The notes beneath the pieces are model-generated. The model did not search any database and was not told where the DNA came from. It was given only the letters and a program-made list of their open reading frames with translations. Of a stretch of DNA of 64,000 nt, positions 1 through 8,333 are shown piece by piece (position 1 is the first letter of the stretch; each line of letters opens with the position of its first letter). The DNA comes from a phage: NCBI GenBank assembly GCA_012401045.1, contig GCA_012401045.1_4704.1; one strand, given 5' to 3'. The translations under genes and the position numbers were made by a program.

Positions 1-1674
1 GTAACGCATTGCCCAGCCGGTTTGTTCCCAGCTACCAGACAGAACACGATCGATGATTTCGTGACGAGCGACAACACGCTGAGACATCGTCATATCGGTA
101 CGGTCGAAGCTGTCTTCCCAAGCTTCTACGGTATCCGGGTTAGTGATGTTCATCATGTACAGATCGTCCATATCACGAATATCGTGACGGTGACCATCCT
201 GGTGGTTGTAGTGACCCAGCGGGATACGGTTACCGGTAGCGTAGACCAGCGGTTGGCCGTATTGATATTTCTTGCTGAAGCAACCCAGGGTAACATCATC
301 GAACGCACGGAAGAGGGCTTTGTAACCTTCGGAGATTTCACGGACTTCACCTTCAACTTTGCCCGTATAGATCTTCTCAGCCGCCGGGATCATACGCAGC
401 AGCCAGCTGTACTCACCTTCTTCCGGTACGTCGATAGAAATCAGCAGAGACGGATACAGTACCTGTTGCAGGAACTTGTAAATCTGCTCGTTGGTTTGAG
501 TAGACAGATCCAGCGGTGCGGTAACTTCCGGATCCAGTACCATCGCCAGAGCACCCGGGTTATGCGGACCAATACCACGGGCAGCGTTGCTGATTAAAGA
601 CTGTGCCCACGCCATACCGCTGTTCAGCGTAGCGATGGTGCCAATCAGACCCAACACGAAAGTGTTCGGTGTGAACGCATCCAGCTCCAGCGGGTAAGCG
701 CTGGTCATCACGTAACGCGGCTGGTATTGTACAGTCGGCGGTACCGGATAACCGTTAACCAGAACAGGGCCTTGGTTGAAGGTCGGGTTCTGCGGGCTGT
801 AAGTCAGGTCAATGTAACCGGTGGTGGCGACCAGACGCTGTTGACTATCGTAATCGCTCATCGCTTGACGGATGCGGTTAGAGATAGTTACAGTGATGTC
901 AGAACGCACAGGGTTACCAACAATATCGCTGTCCTGCATACCGCTGGTGTTGTACTGAACGCTGCTGATTGGCTGATCGCTTGCCATCATGCCCAGGTTG
1001 AACTGCGGCAGACCCAGTTTATCACCGAGACGGATTTCGATCGCGGTTTGGATTGCGTTATCTGCAGCAGACAGCAGGGTGGTTGCCAGATGCGCAGATT
1101 CAGCGGTGATTTCATTGGTCACCACAGCCAGACCAGCGATACGAACAGTACCGTTAGACTTACCGCCAATAGCTGAGTACATTGCCGCCATGACTTCGTT
1201 GATGAACGTACCGTTCAGGTTATCAACCCAGGTACGCGGTACCAGAATGTTACCATGCGGACCTTGTTCTTCACGACGCGGCAGCGGAGCCAGACCAGCA
1301 ACCAGCGGAAGCACATAACCAAAGAAGTGGTTATGGTCACCAACTTTTGCACCACTCATAACGACCAGGGTCGGATACGGTACGCTGTACTGGTTCGGGT
1401 CAACCGCAACAAAGATGAAGTCGTTTTTGAACTGGGTATCTTCCAGATATTTCTCCATCAGACGACGGAGATTCAGTACCTGCTCGGAGCCAGTATTACG
1501 GCTAATACGACGGCTCAGTGTACGGTTGATCGTACGCATCGTATGAGTTACTTTAGGCTGGCCAGCAAAATCTGCAGCGGTTTCCAGCGCCTCATCAGCA
1601 CGTTGTGCGGTGCGGGTTTCAGCTGCACGAATTTCTACATTATCGTTACCGTTATTACGTACGTCTAAGCCCAT
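1..1674 (-). CDS. Abundant early protein, truncated at window edge (558 codons in window); candidate phage-nucleus shell protein (chimallin-like) or major capsid protein
   Basis: Open minus-strand frame from ATG 1674..1672 (MGLDVRNNGNDNVEIRAAETRTAQ...) running off position 1; SD AGAGGAA 8 nt upstream; strong high-expression codon bias (CGT/CTG/GGT); early-type promoter motif at 1744-1774. Not in ORF track because no stop in window. Confidence 0.6.
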   Translation of the reverse strand, partial: MGLDVRNNGNDNVEIRAAETRTAQRADEALETAADFAGQPKVTHTMRTINRTLSRRISRNTGSEQVLNLRRLMEKYLEDTQFKNDFIFVAVDPNQYSVPYPTLVVMSGAKVGDHNHFFGYVLPLVAGLAPLPRREEQGPHGNILVPRTWVDNLNGTFINEVMAAMYSAIGGKSNGTVRIAGLAVVTNEITAESAHLATTLLSAADNAIQTAIEIRLGDKLGLPQFNLGMMASDQPISSVQYNTSGMQDSDIVGNPVRSDITVTISNRIRQAMSDYDSQQRLVATTGYIDLTYSPQNPTFNQGPVLVNGYPVPPTVQYQPRYVMTSAYPLELDAFTPNTFVLGLIGTIATLNSGMAWAQSLISNAARGIGPHNPGALAMVLDPEVTAPLDLSTQTNEQIYKFLQQVLYPSLLISIDVPEEGEYSWLLRMIPAAEKIYTGKVEGEVREISEGYKALFRAFDDVTLGCFSKKYQYGQPLVYATGNRIPLGHYNHQDGHRHDIRDMDDLYMMNITNPDTVEAWEDSFDRTDMTMSQRVVARHEIIDRVLSGSWEQTGWAMRY

Positions 1675-1743
1675 TTGGGATTCCTCTTTTCTTAAACTTT
1701 ATTAAATGACGTCATTGAATCAGCTTCTACTCGCTCATTCACC

Positions 1744-1774
1744 TAGGTAATATAACCCTGAAATTTTTTTCAAT
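1744..1774 (-). promoter_or_regulatory. Early-type promoter candidate (minus orientation: TATTG-AAAAAAA-N8-TATATTACCTA) for the 1-1674 gene
   Basis: Plus strand reads TAGGTAATATAACCCTGAAATTTTTTTCAAT; same motif recurs at 30707-30738, 53412-53443 and (variant) 16405-16434; TATATTAC matches the phiKZ early promoter consensus as I recall it. Confidence 0.55.
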
Positions 1775-1928
1775 ATTGGTGTAACCACATTGAACGATAT
1801 AAACCCCTAGGCGAACGCTGCCGAGAAGCAACATTCTTTCTACATATAATCAGGATATGTCTGTAAACTTTTACTTCTCTTATTGAGAGTAAAGTCATAT
1901 CCGTTTACTACCTTCTTACGGAGTTCGT

Positions 1929-3023
1929 ATGTTTCGTGTTTTAAATAACCTCCCGCGAACATCATCGGGTGTGCAGCCCGTCCCTCAGAAAGACTATCTA
2001 ATACGCGAAGTTCAAAGAAACCTACAGACAATCCAGAACCACTATCAAGGTTTTACCTTCGCGGTTCAGAGCGATCACATCCTTGCGTTACTGCTCGCAC
2101 AGCTCCCTATGAGATACGACATCTCAGTACAAACTTACTACGATATGATTCTCGATCTTACTCCAGAATTGGGTAATCGTGTTAAGTTGACAACATCAAG
2201 ATACGCGGGTAAGTTATTCGACGGTGCTTTCTATCCGGGATTGCACGAAGCTATTATCGCAACCGGTGAAAGTCGTCTTATTTCACGTGACGTTCTTGAC
2301 AACTGGCGTAATTGGTCGCCGGTTAGAATCGTGACACACCCATACGCAAATCTTCGTTACATTCCTCTTCACCGAAAGCAGGTTGAAGAAGGACGAGGTT
2401 TTGCGGTCATTATGGTTGATGTACCTTTATTAGCACTACAGTATCGAATGTGGTCTTTGGTCATGGGTCATAACGTCGACGGTAAATGGGTGGTTAAAGA
2501 ACCGGTTACAAGCTTCCTTGCGAGTTTTCCGTTGGTCAACGCATTATATTCACACAACGATGTTGTTATACGCAATCGTTGTTTGTGGGTATCTCCGGCT
2601 AAGAATCCACTCAAATCACCAATTTACGTTAACGACCTTGATAACGTATTCAGCCAAGTCGTTCTGTCCGTACAGCATCATTTATTACGAAGAAGACGAA
2701 GCTACACCGATATGCTTAAACAGATACCGAGTTTATACGGGGATCAGTACCAAGCAACCCGAATGGGTTACACCGTCGATCTTCGACAAACCCGATGGGC
2801 AAGGGATCTGGGCTGTCTGTCGTTATGGCAACAACTCGTCACACTACAAAACGTATCTGAAAGCGTCGGGTTCAGCAGCCAGATCGATAACGACCTGTAC
2901 CGTGCTGCCGACCGTAGTCTAAAAGAAGGTAACTGGGAGTCCTCTCCGTTACCTGGCGATTTAAGACGTGAAGTTATCGCACAGGTTGCCGACCTCTTAA
3001 AAATTCTTCCCGCTGGTGCATAA
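1929..3023 (+). CDS. Hypothetical protein (364 aa)
   Basis: ORF with ATG start and weak SD; convergent with the next gene; terminator hairpin follows. Confidence 0.6.
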   Translation: MFRVLNNLPRTSSGVQPVPQKDYLIREVQRNLQTIQNHYQGFTFAVQSDHILALLLAQLPMRYDISVQTYYDMILDLTPELGNRVKLTTSRYAGKLFDGAFYPGLHEAIIATGESRLISRDVLDNWRNWSPVRIVTHPYANLRYIPLHRKQVEEGRGFAVIMVDVPLLALQYRMWSLVMGHNVDGKWVVKEPVTSFLASFPLVNALYSHNDVVIRNRCLWVSPAKNPLKSPIYVNDLDNVFSQVVLSVQHHLLRRRRSYTDMLKQIPSLYGDQYQATRMGYTVDLRQTRWARDLGCLSLWQQLVTLQNVSESVGFSSQIDNDLYRAADRSLKEGNWESSPLPGDLRREVIAQVADLLKILPAGA

Positions 3024-3030
3024 TAACCTC

Positions 3031-3074
3031 CCTCCTCCCTTGCATCCTCCCAACCCGTAAGGGAAGGGAGGATG
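3031..3074. terminator. CT-rich/GA-rich hairpin between convergent genes (bidirectional terminator candidate)
   Basis: catcctccc...gggaggatg stem within an extended cctccctcctccc / gggaagggagg complementary tract. Confidence 0.5.
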
Positions 3075-3089
3075 GGGTGGTGGGTTATG

Positions 3090-5243
3090 TTACTCTGCGG
3101 TTTCTTGCTTCGGTAAATAACTTGCTGCGATGTCTTGGGCTAACAATGTATTGTTTTTATTCGAGATGAAAATACCATAACTTTCCATTAACGCGTAATA
3201 CGAACGCACGAGCGTAGAGATCAATCGACGAATATCCATACCTTGAATAAAGATATCAGGAAGCCCGGAGGCTTCGATCACCGGTAATGGTATCGTTAAG
3301 TTGCTTATCGTTTTCTTATCGTTACGTACAATCCAATCACGGAAACGTTGTTGTAACCCTTTATCCTCCCAGGAATCAATCCAATCGTTAAGAAGCGTTT
3401 TGTTCTTCGTCGCCAACGGCACACGAACCCCAACATAGGGTGGTTCAGGGCAATGGCCGTACGATTGAGCAAACACCTCTTCCCACATATCGTAAGACTG
3501 TTTCGTTACTGCAACATGCGGTTTCACTTTAACACGCGTTAAGAAATCAGGATCACCACGTTTCATAGACTCAACGATTTCGTTTTCTAACGAGATAATA
3601 TCGTCAAGAACCAATCGAATGCTGATCTTCTCGTTACGTAACAGCTTATCCATGATACCACACATCATGCGTTCAACACGTTTGACGATCATTTTTGGTG
3701 CTGACGCATCACGCATAACCGGACCTTTCAATTCCAGCTTCGGTGGATTGATAGGAACCCCCTCACGCATGGTCATGTAACCGTAATAGTTTTTACCCAT
3801 CGAGGTTAACGACAGAATCAAGAACATATATTCGTTCTTCATTTCCATCACGTACATATGCTCTTTCGCCACACCGATATTACCAGAACACATCGCCATC
3901 AGATGAACCGTAATCTGCGTAACCAGATAGATAAGCGTGTTTGCTAAGCGCGTCGAAACTGGATTGATCTCCATATTTCCAAATCGCCACTGAACCCACT
4001 CCTGGCAGGTAAACACCGTCGAGTCGGTATCAGACAACACACCCACTTCACGGATTGCTGATGGGAAAGCATAAACACCAGCCGGTTGGTTCTCGGTACG
4101 CCAGAACGCCATAATCAAATCAGCATAGCTTTGAATACGCTGTAGCATTAATTTTGTCGTTGCTGCAGTAAGACGATAACCAAGCTCATTTCCTTTTTCT
4201 AGCGCTACGTAAATCGCTTCCCCATTCAAGAACTCCGTACATTGTGCTGTAATCCAAGCGACCGTGTTGTTATCCATGGAAGCAATAATGGCTTTAGCCT
4301 CTTCCATCGTTTCAACAGGTTCGGATGCCAGCTCGCATAACGAATCAAGAAAATCTCGAACAAATTCAGGATTAAGCTCACGTAACGAGTACAGGTTATT
4401 GCTGTACATGTAGCAGGCACGTTCCAACGGTGTTAAACCAGTAATTAACTCCCGGATAGTCAGTTCTTTCTCTGGGTCGAAAGTATATCGATGCAAGCAT
4501 TTCGATACGTTAGCCCAAACCTCTTCCGGCGTAGGGTAATGTAGTTTGTATTTTACCATTACCTGTTCAATGGCTTTACGATCGCTGTTGCGGACAATAC
4601 TCACGATGTTTTCAATTGCGATATCACAATCGTAATAATGGAAATTGCCCGCAAGGAAGCGTTCGTTGTTCGCATTGGCTGAACCTGAAGCACAGCGACA
4701 CGTTGTCGTTAAACTTGGATGCGCAATTGGATTATAAAAAGGGTTAAACTTGGACGCCTGGGTTCCTGACAAACTGTTGTTATCTAACTTGGTGTTGGTT
4801 TGTCGTTTATCGTGTAACTCAGCTTCATCTTTACGTCCGTGTGCTTGCGCTATCGACATTTGTTTCTTTTGTTTCTTACGCAACTTACCGTTTTCAACCG
4901 CAAAGTCGCTTAGCACACTGGAACGTGTTTCACGTGGATAACAGTTAGCCCACACCGGCGTGATAATTAAATTATTTTCTTTAATATCATTGAAGTATTG
5001 GCTGAACTTGATGACTTCTTTTTCTCGATTTCCTTCGGTGCGCTGTGTTAATACAAGGCAGTCGGGATCAACCATCCCGTATTTTCCACCAGGACGAACC
5101 GTATCAAGGACAAACTGCAACGCTTCCTGCTGTGATATCCCACGCATGCGCATTAAGAACAGGGTATAATCCTGTACCGCTTCTTTGGTCATATCCAACG
5201 TACGGCCATATCCGTTTTCATCGTAAAAGAACGGATTTTCCAT
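3090..5243 (-). CDS. Large hypothetical protein (717 aa) with a DTDS acidic motif; function unknown
   Basis: Long ORF; SD GGAGGA upstream of ATG 5243; contains GVLSDTDSTVF and KNYYGY but motif order does not fit family B DNA polymerase. Confidence 0.75.
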   Translation of the reverse strand: MENPFFYDENGYGRTLDMTKEAVQDYTLFLMRMRGISQQEALQFVLDTVRPGGKYGMVDPDCLVLTQRTEGNREKEVIKFSQYFNDIKENNLIITPVWANCYPRETRSSVLSDFAVENGKLRKKQKKQMSIAQAHGRKDEAELHDKRQTNTKLDNNSLSGTQASKFNPFYNPIAHPSLTTTCRCASGSANANNERFLAGNFHYYDCDIAIENIVSIVRNSDRKAIEQVMVKYKLHYPTPEEVWANVSKCLHRYTFDPEKELTIRELITGLTPLERACYMYSNNLYSLRELNPEFVRDFLDSLCELASEPVETMEEAKAIIASMDNNTVAWITAQCTEFLNGEAIYVALEKGNELGYRLTAATTKLMLQRIQSYADLIMAFWRTENQPAGVYAFPSAIREVGVLSDTDSTVFTCQEWVQWRFGNMEINPVSTRLANTLIYLVTQITVHLMAMCSGNIGVAKEHMYVMEMKNEYMFLILSLTSMGKNYYGYMTMREGVPINPPKLELKGPVMRDASAPKMIVKRVERMMCGIMDKLLRNEKISIRLVLDDIISLENEIVESMKRGDPDFLTRVKVKPHVAVTKQSYDMWEEVFAQSYGHCPEPPYVGVRVPLATKNKTLLNDWIDSWEDKGLQQRFRDWIVRNDKKTISNLTIPLPVIEASGLPDIFIQGMDIRRLISTLVRSYYALMESYGIFISNKNNTLLAQDIAASYLPKQETAE

Positions 5244-5304
5244 AAATCCTCCAAAAGTTATTTAGTCTGTCTACATCATCTCGTATATCTGTTAAAAAAG
5301 AAGG

Positions 5305-5346
5305 ACGGCATAAAAAAGAACCGATCCAGCCGAAGCCAGATCGGTT
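5305..5346 (-). promoter_or_regulatory. Hairpin followed (minus orientation) by TTTTTTATGCCGT; late-type promoter and/or terminator candidate upstream of the 717-aa gene
   Basis: Plus strand ACGGCATAAAAAAG + aaccgatc/gatcggtt stem; member of the recurrent ACGGCATAAA family. Confidence 0.5.
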
Positions 5347-5541
5347 AAAAAGGATAATAACTGACAGAAAGATATCGATGATGTTCGTGAAACAAGATCT
5401 TCTCTCGTGTACAATGATGCTAGATCAGAGGGAGGTTGTAACACGAGAGGTGGTCCGCCAAAGAAGGAATAAAAACACGAACCTATCTTATTTCACTGAT
5501 GGCACTAACCACTCAAAATATATAGTACCGTATGTAAAAGT

Positions 5542-5955
5542 TTACTGATTAATCAAGTCGTTAGCAACAATCTTGGTGTAACCTGCCTGATTAAGAATTT
5601 GATTAATTTTCGTCACGTCGGTCGCATCCTCAATAACGATGCTGGGTTTATAGATCAGCGTCTTGGTAACGACGATTGTACTCTCCTTAATCCAAGGAAT
5701 CCCTAGAATCACATACTCACCATCGGCTGTAATGACCTCGACGTAATTGTATTTCGTCGGATCGTTCGGTACACTAGACGGGAGCCGGGAATAAATCTGT
5801 TGGTGAATGGCGTCTACATCACGGCCGTTACGCACAGCCGTACGATAGTTGTACACGGCACTAATTTCTACTCCGTTGAAGTTAACCCCAAGTTCTGGGG
5901 CGTACACATCAAAACTCACAACAGAGCCAATCTTTTCTAAATCAGAAGCTGGCAT
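5542..5955 (-). CDS. Hypothetical protein (137 aa)
   Basis: ORF with SD AAGGA 9 nt upstream of ATG 5955. Confidence 0.6.
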   Translation of the reverse strand: MPASDLEKIGSVVSFDVYAPELGVNFNGVEISAVYNYRTAVRNGRDVDAIHQQIYSRLPSSVPNDPTKYNYVEVITADGEYVILGIPWIKESTIVVTKTLIYKPSIVIEDATDVTKINQILNQAGYTKIVANDLINQ

Positions 5956-5966
5956 AATAGCATCCT

Positions 5967-6365
5967 TTATTTAAAAATGTATTCATATCCGAAAGTCGTC
6001 GCTGACCAGACCCGGATAGATGATAGTGTTCCGCCACGATAAAACGTTTTTGTGAATTCCATATCCTGGACAACACGATAATAAACACGTCCGATAATAC
6101 GCACGATAAGGTTTCGTGATAACGATCTCTCCTCGCAGTATTCATCGATAAAGTCATCGTCGATATCCGATAAGACAACATCCGCAATTTCTTGCAGTAG
6201 ATTCCTCATCAGCATCTGCCTTCCTTCGGTACCCCACCCAGACAAACAGTAATCGTCTTCTGCCTGACTATAGATGTCGTTAACCGCCTGTTCGAGCAGT
6301 TGCTCAAGATAGTAGTCATCGCGTTTTATAACGTGGCGACGGCGCTCAGTGGCGTATTTTTCCAT
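5967..6365 (-). CDS. Hypothetical protein; start uncertain (ATG 6365, 6215 or 6488)
   Basis: ORF 5967..6488 overlaps upstream gene in another frame; internal Met at 6365 gives a 40-nt overlap; Met at 6215 has the best SD (AAGGAAGG). Confidence 0.4.
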   Translation of the reverse strand: MEKYATERRRHVIKRDDYYLEQLLEQAVNDIYSQAEDDYCLSGWGTEGRQMLMRNLLQEIADVVLSDIDDDFIDEYCEERSLSRNLIVRIIGRVYYRVVQDMEFTKTFYRGGTLSSIRVWSATTFGYEYIFK

Positions 6366-6814
6366 CCTGTGTTTCTCTTGTTCGGCGTATGTATTAACGA
6401 CGCCACAGTCTTTTCTGGATCGTCCCACAATGCACGACGAAAACTGGATACTACCATAACGGTAGGATAGATTTGTACAACCTCCCATCCGTAACGATGT
6501 GCGTTAGTCGTACGTCCGACATTGAACAGACATAGCTGATTTAAGAAACAGAGCTGCATCTTCGTAAACAACACCATGTCTTCACGTTTAACGTATCCGA
6601 GGATATATGCATTCTCGAACGCCTCGCGTGACAAGACGGGACGATTAAGATACCGTAACGCTAATACCAACAACGTTGTTATGCGCAACGGATCTTCTGG
6701 GTCATTCATGGTGCTCAGCTCTGCTTGTAACCAGTCAGGGATAGTAACCGTCAGACGATAGGTATCTGTTCCACGATCAACCACATTCAATGTTGAAAAA
6801 GGCAACATATCCAT
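6326..6814 (-). CDS. Hypothetical protein (162 aa)
   Basis: SD GAAGGAA 5 nt upstream of ATG 6814. Confidence 0.55.
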   Translation of the reverse strand: MDMLPFSTLNVVDRGTDTYRLTVTIPDWLQAELSTMNDPEDPLRITTLLVLALRYLNRPVLSREAFENAYILGYVKREDMVLFTKMQLCFLNQLCLFNVGRTTNAHRYGWEVVQIYPTVMVVSSFRRALWDDPEKTVASLIHTPNKRNTGWKNTPLSAVATL

Positions 6815-7271
6815 GAATTCCTTCTAGCTCGAGGTTGTTCTCGCCGGTCTTCGGTAATAACCCACTGGCCGTTAACATCTGTGTCATCGAGTAGTCAAAG
6901 CACGGGAATATCAGGTTAACGGTTTCCTGGATCGCGTCAACATAACTATAAATGGCTTCATAATACTCACCGTCATGATCTACGCTAACCAGTTCCTGAC
7001 ACAGTTCTTCGCTTATCATTTCATATACCGGCGGATACCACGATTGAAATGGTCGCTGCATACGTAACGACCAATACTCGTACGTCGTATACTGAAGCAC
7101 GTCGTAAGCCGATACGTTAATGCGGTCGAAGAAAGCATACTTGTCCATATGCTGATACAACATCGCCAGCACGGTTTCCAAGCACACCGATATCCGCACG
7201 CCGTCATCTTTCCCGTTAAGAAAATTAGGTTTCTGCCGATAACGCACAAATGCCGACGGCTTTGATTGCAT
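6777..7271 (-). CDS. Hypothetical protein (about 164 aa)
   Basis: Start ATG 7271..7269 overlaps upstream stop as TAATG (translational coupling); the longer ORF-track N-terminus is rejected. Confidence 0.55.
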   Translation of the reverse strand: MQSKPSAFVRYRQKPNFLNGKDDGVRISVCLETVLAMLYQHMDKYAFFDRINVSAYDVLQYTTYEYWSLRMQRPFQSWYPPVYEMISEELCQELVSVDHDGEYYEAIYSYVDAIQETVNLIFPCFDYSMTQMLTASGLLPKTGENNLELEGIHGYVAFFNIECG

Positions 7272-7756
7272 TATTCCACCACCAACCATAACGTCATACT
7301 CGTATCTAACGTAAAATTGAAATGCCACCAATCTTCTACACGTGGAATCCACGTACGAAGGATTTGGTTAACTTCGCTTCGCATCACCGATAAACGACAA
7401 CGAAAATCGAACTTCTCATCGTGGCCGTAGTCTTCATGCATGAAAACTTCATCCAAAACGAACTCAAGTTGCATGTCGACATCACGGCCAGAGATATTCC
7501 GTTTGTACAGATACAGTTCAATCGTGTCGTAAAGCAACGTGTGAATATCATAATTTCCGTTCGGTGAGAAATAAGGTAATCGCTCATCGAGCATCGTAAA
7601 CAGATATTCGCTGTAGTTTAATAACGGGATGATGTACCGACGCCCTGTCTGTGGTGTGCGAATATGTATCGAAACCTGACTTGGGCGCGGAATAACCGAC
7701 GGCTTAGAATCGTCTCTCTGAAATTGCTCTAAAGATCGCAACAAAGGTGGCCGCAT
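7271..7756 (-). CDS. Hypothetical protein (about 161 aa)
   Basis: Internal ATG 7756 with SD GGAGAG; upstream part of ORF 7271..7954 is W/R-rich and not protein-like. Confidence 0.5.
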   Translation of the reverse strand: MRPPLLRSLEQFQRDDSKPSVIPRPSQVSIHIRTPQTGRRYIIPLLNYSEYLFTMLDERLPYFSPNGNYDIHTLLYDTIELYLYKRNISGRDVDMQLEFVLDEVFMHEDYGHDEKFDFRCRLSVMRSEVNQILRTWIPRVEDWWHFNFTLDTSMTLWLVVE

Positions 7757-8333
7757 TGTAACTCTCCAACGCCCAATTGTAAGGCCCTTCCAACATGTGT
7801 TCCCATACGTGAATAAACTCACTACCGAAGACAGGCTCCAGCGCCATGGTGAGATTCGTAAGTTCTGACGCAGCCGCATGGTAAGCATCAACATGTCTTT
7901 CCATTGACGGATCGTCTTCATTGAAAATACGTTCTGTGTCGCCAGCCCGCTCAATAAGTTCGGTAATGAGATCTGTCCATGTCTCGTGACACGTCATCAT
8001 TTCCTGTTCTCGACTTAGTATGCCGATGTCTGCGTGGACGCTGGACTCGAACCGGTCTAAAAGGACCCGAAGAACGTGCACCTTGTCGATGTATTTCACC
8101 GTTATCCAGGAAAGCGGTTGCCACCGACTCAGCATCCATCCGGTACTCGGGAACCCCAAACTCATATAGTACGGGTTGCACCGGACCGAAGACGGAGCGA
8201 CGTTGTTTAAATCGCTCCTTAAGGGCAAGGCCTTGTTTAATATAAACGGGTTCATTGGCGAGTTGTTCCGCTTTTCGTTTTGCGTGAGCCAATCGAAGTT
8301 CTTCCAATTGCCCAAGCCATTCAAATTGTTCAT
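7704..8333 (-). CDS. ORF whose C-terminal two-thirds look coding; either a separate overlapping gene or the frameshifted continuation of 7951..8928
   Basis: Frame B protein-like from about 8080 downward (acidic helical sequence) while frame A becomes Arg-rich junk there. Confidence 0.35.
   Translation of the reverse strand: MNNLNGLGNWKNFDWLTQNEKRNNSPMNPFILNKALPLRSDLNNVAPSSVRCNPYYMSLGFPSTGWMLSRWQPLSWITVKYIDKVHVLRVLLDRFESSVHADIGILSREQEMMTCHETWTDLITELIERAGDTERIFNEDDPSMERHVDAYHAAASELTNLTMALEPVFGSEFIHVWEHMLEGPYNWALESYNAATFVAIFRAISERRF

Noticed and set aside
22-1668. Plus-strand ORFs 22..597, 727..1176, 989..1318, 1255..1668
   Set aside because: They lie antisense to the strongly codon-biased minus-strand gene 1-1674, have no SD and a junk-like composition; shadow ORFs
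1846-1851. TATAAT hexamer upstream of the 1929 gene as a host sigma70 promoter
   Set aside because: No acceptable -35 element at 17 bp spacing; phiKZ-like phages are known to transcribe with their own RNAPs
3090-5243. Calling the 717-aa protein a family B DNA polymerase
   Set aside because: DTDS precedes the KNYYGY-like segment (wrong motif order) and no DxxSLYPS or exonuclease motifs were found
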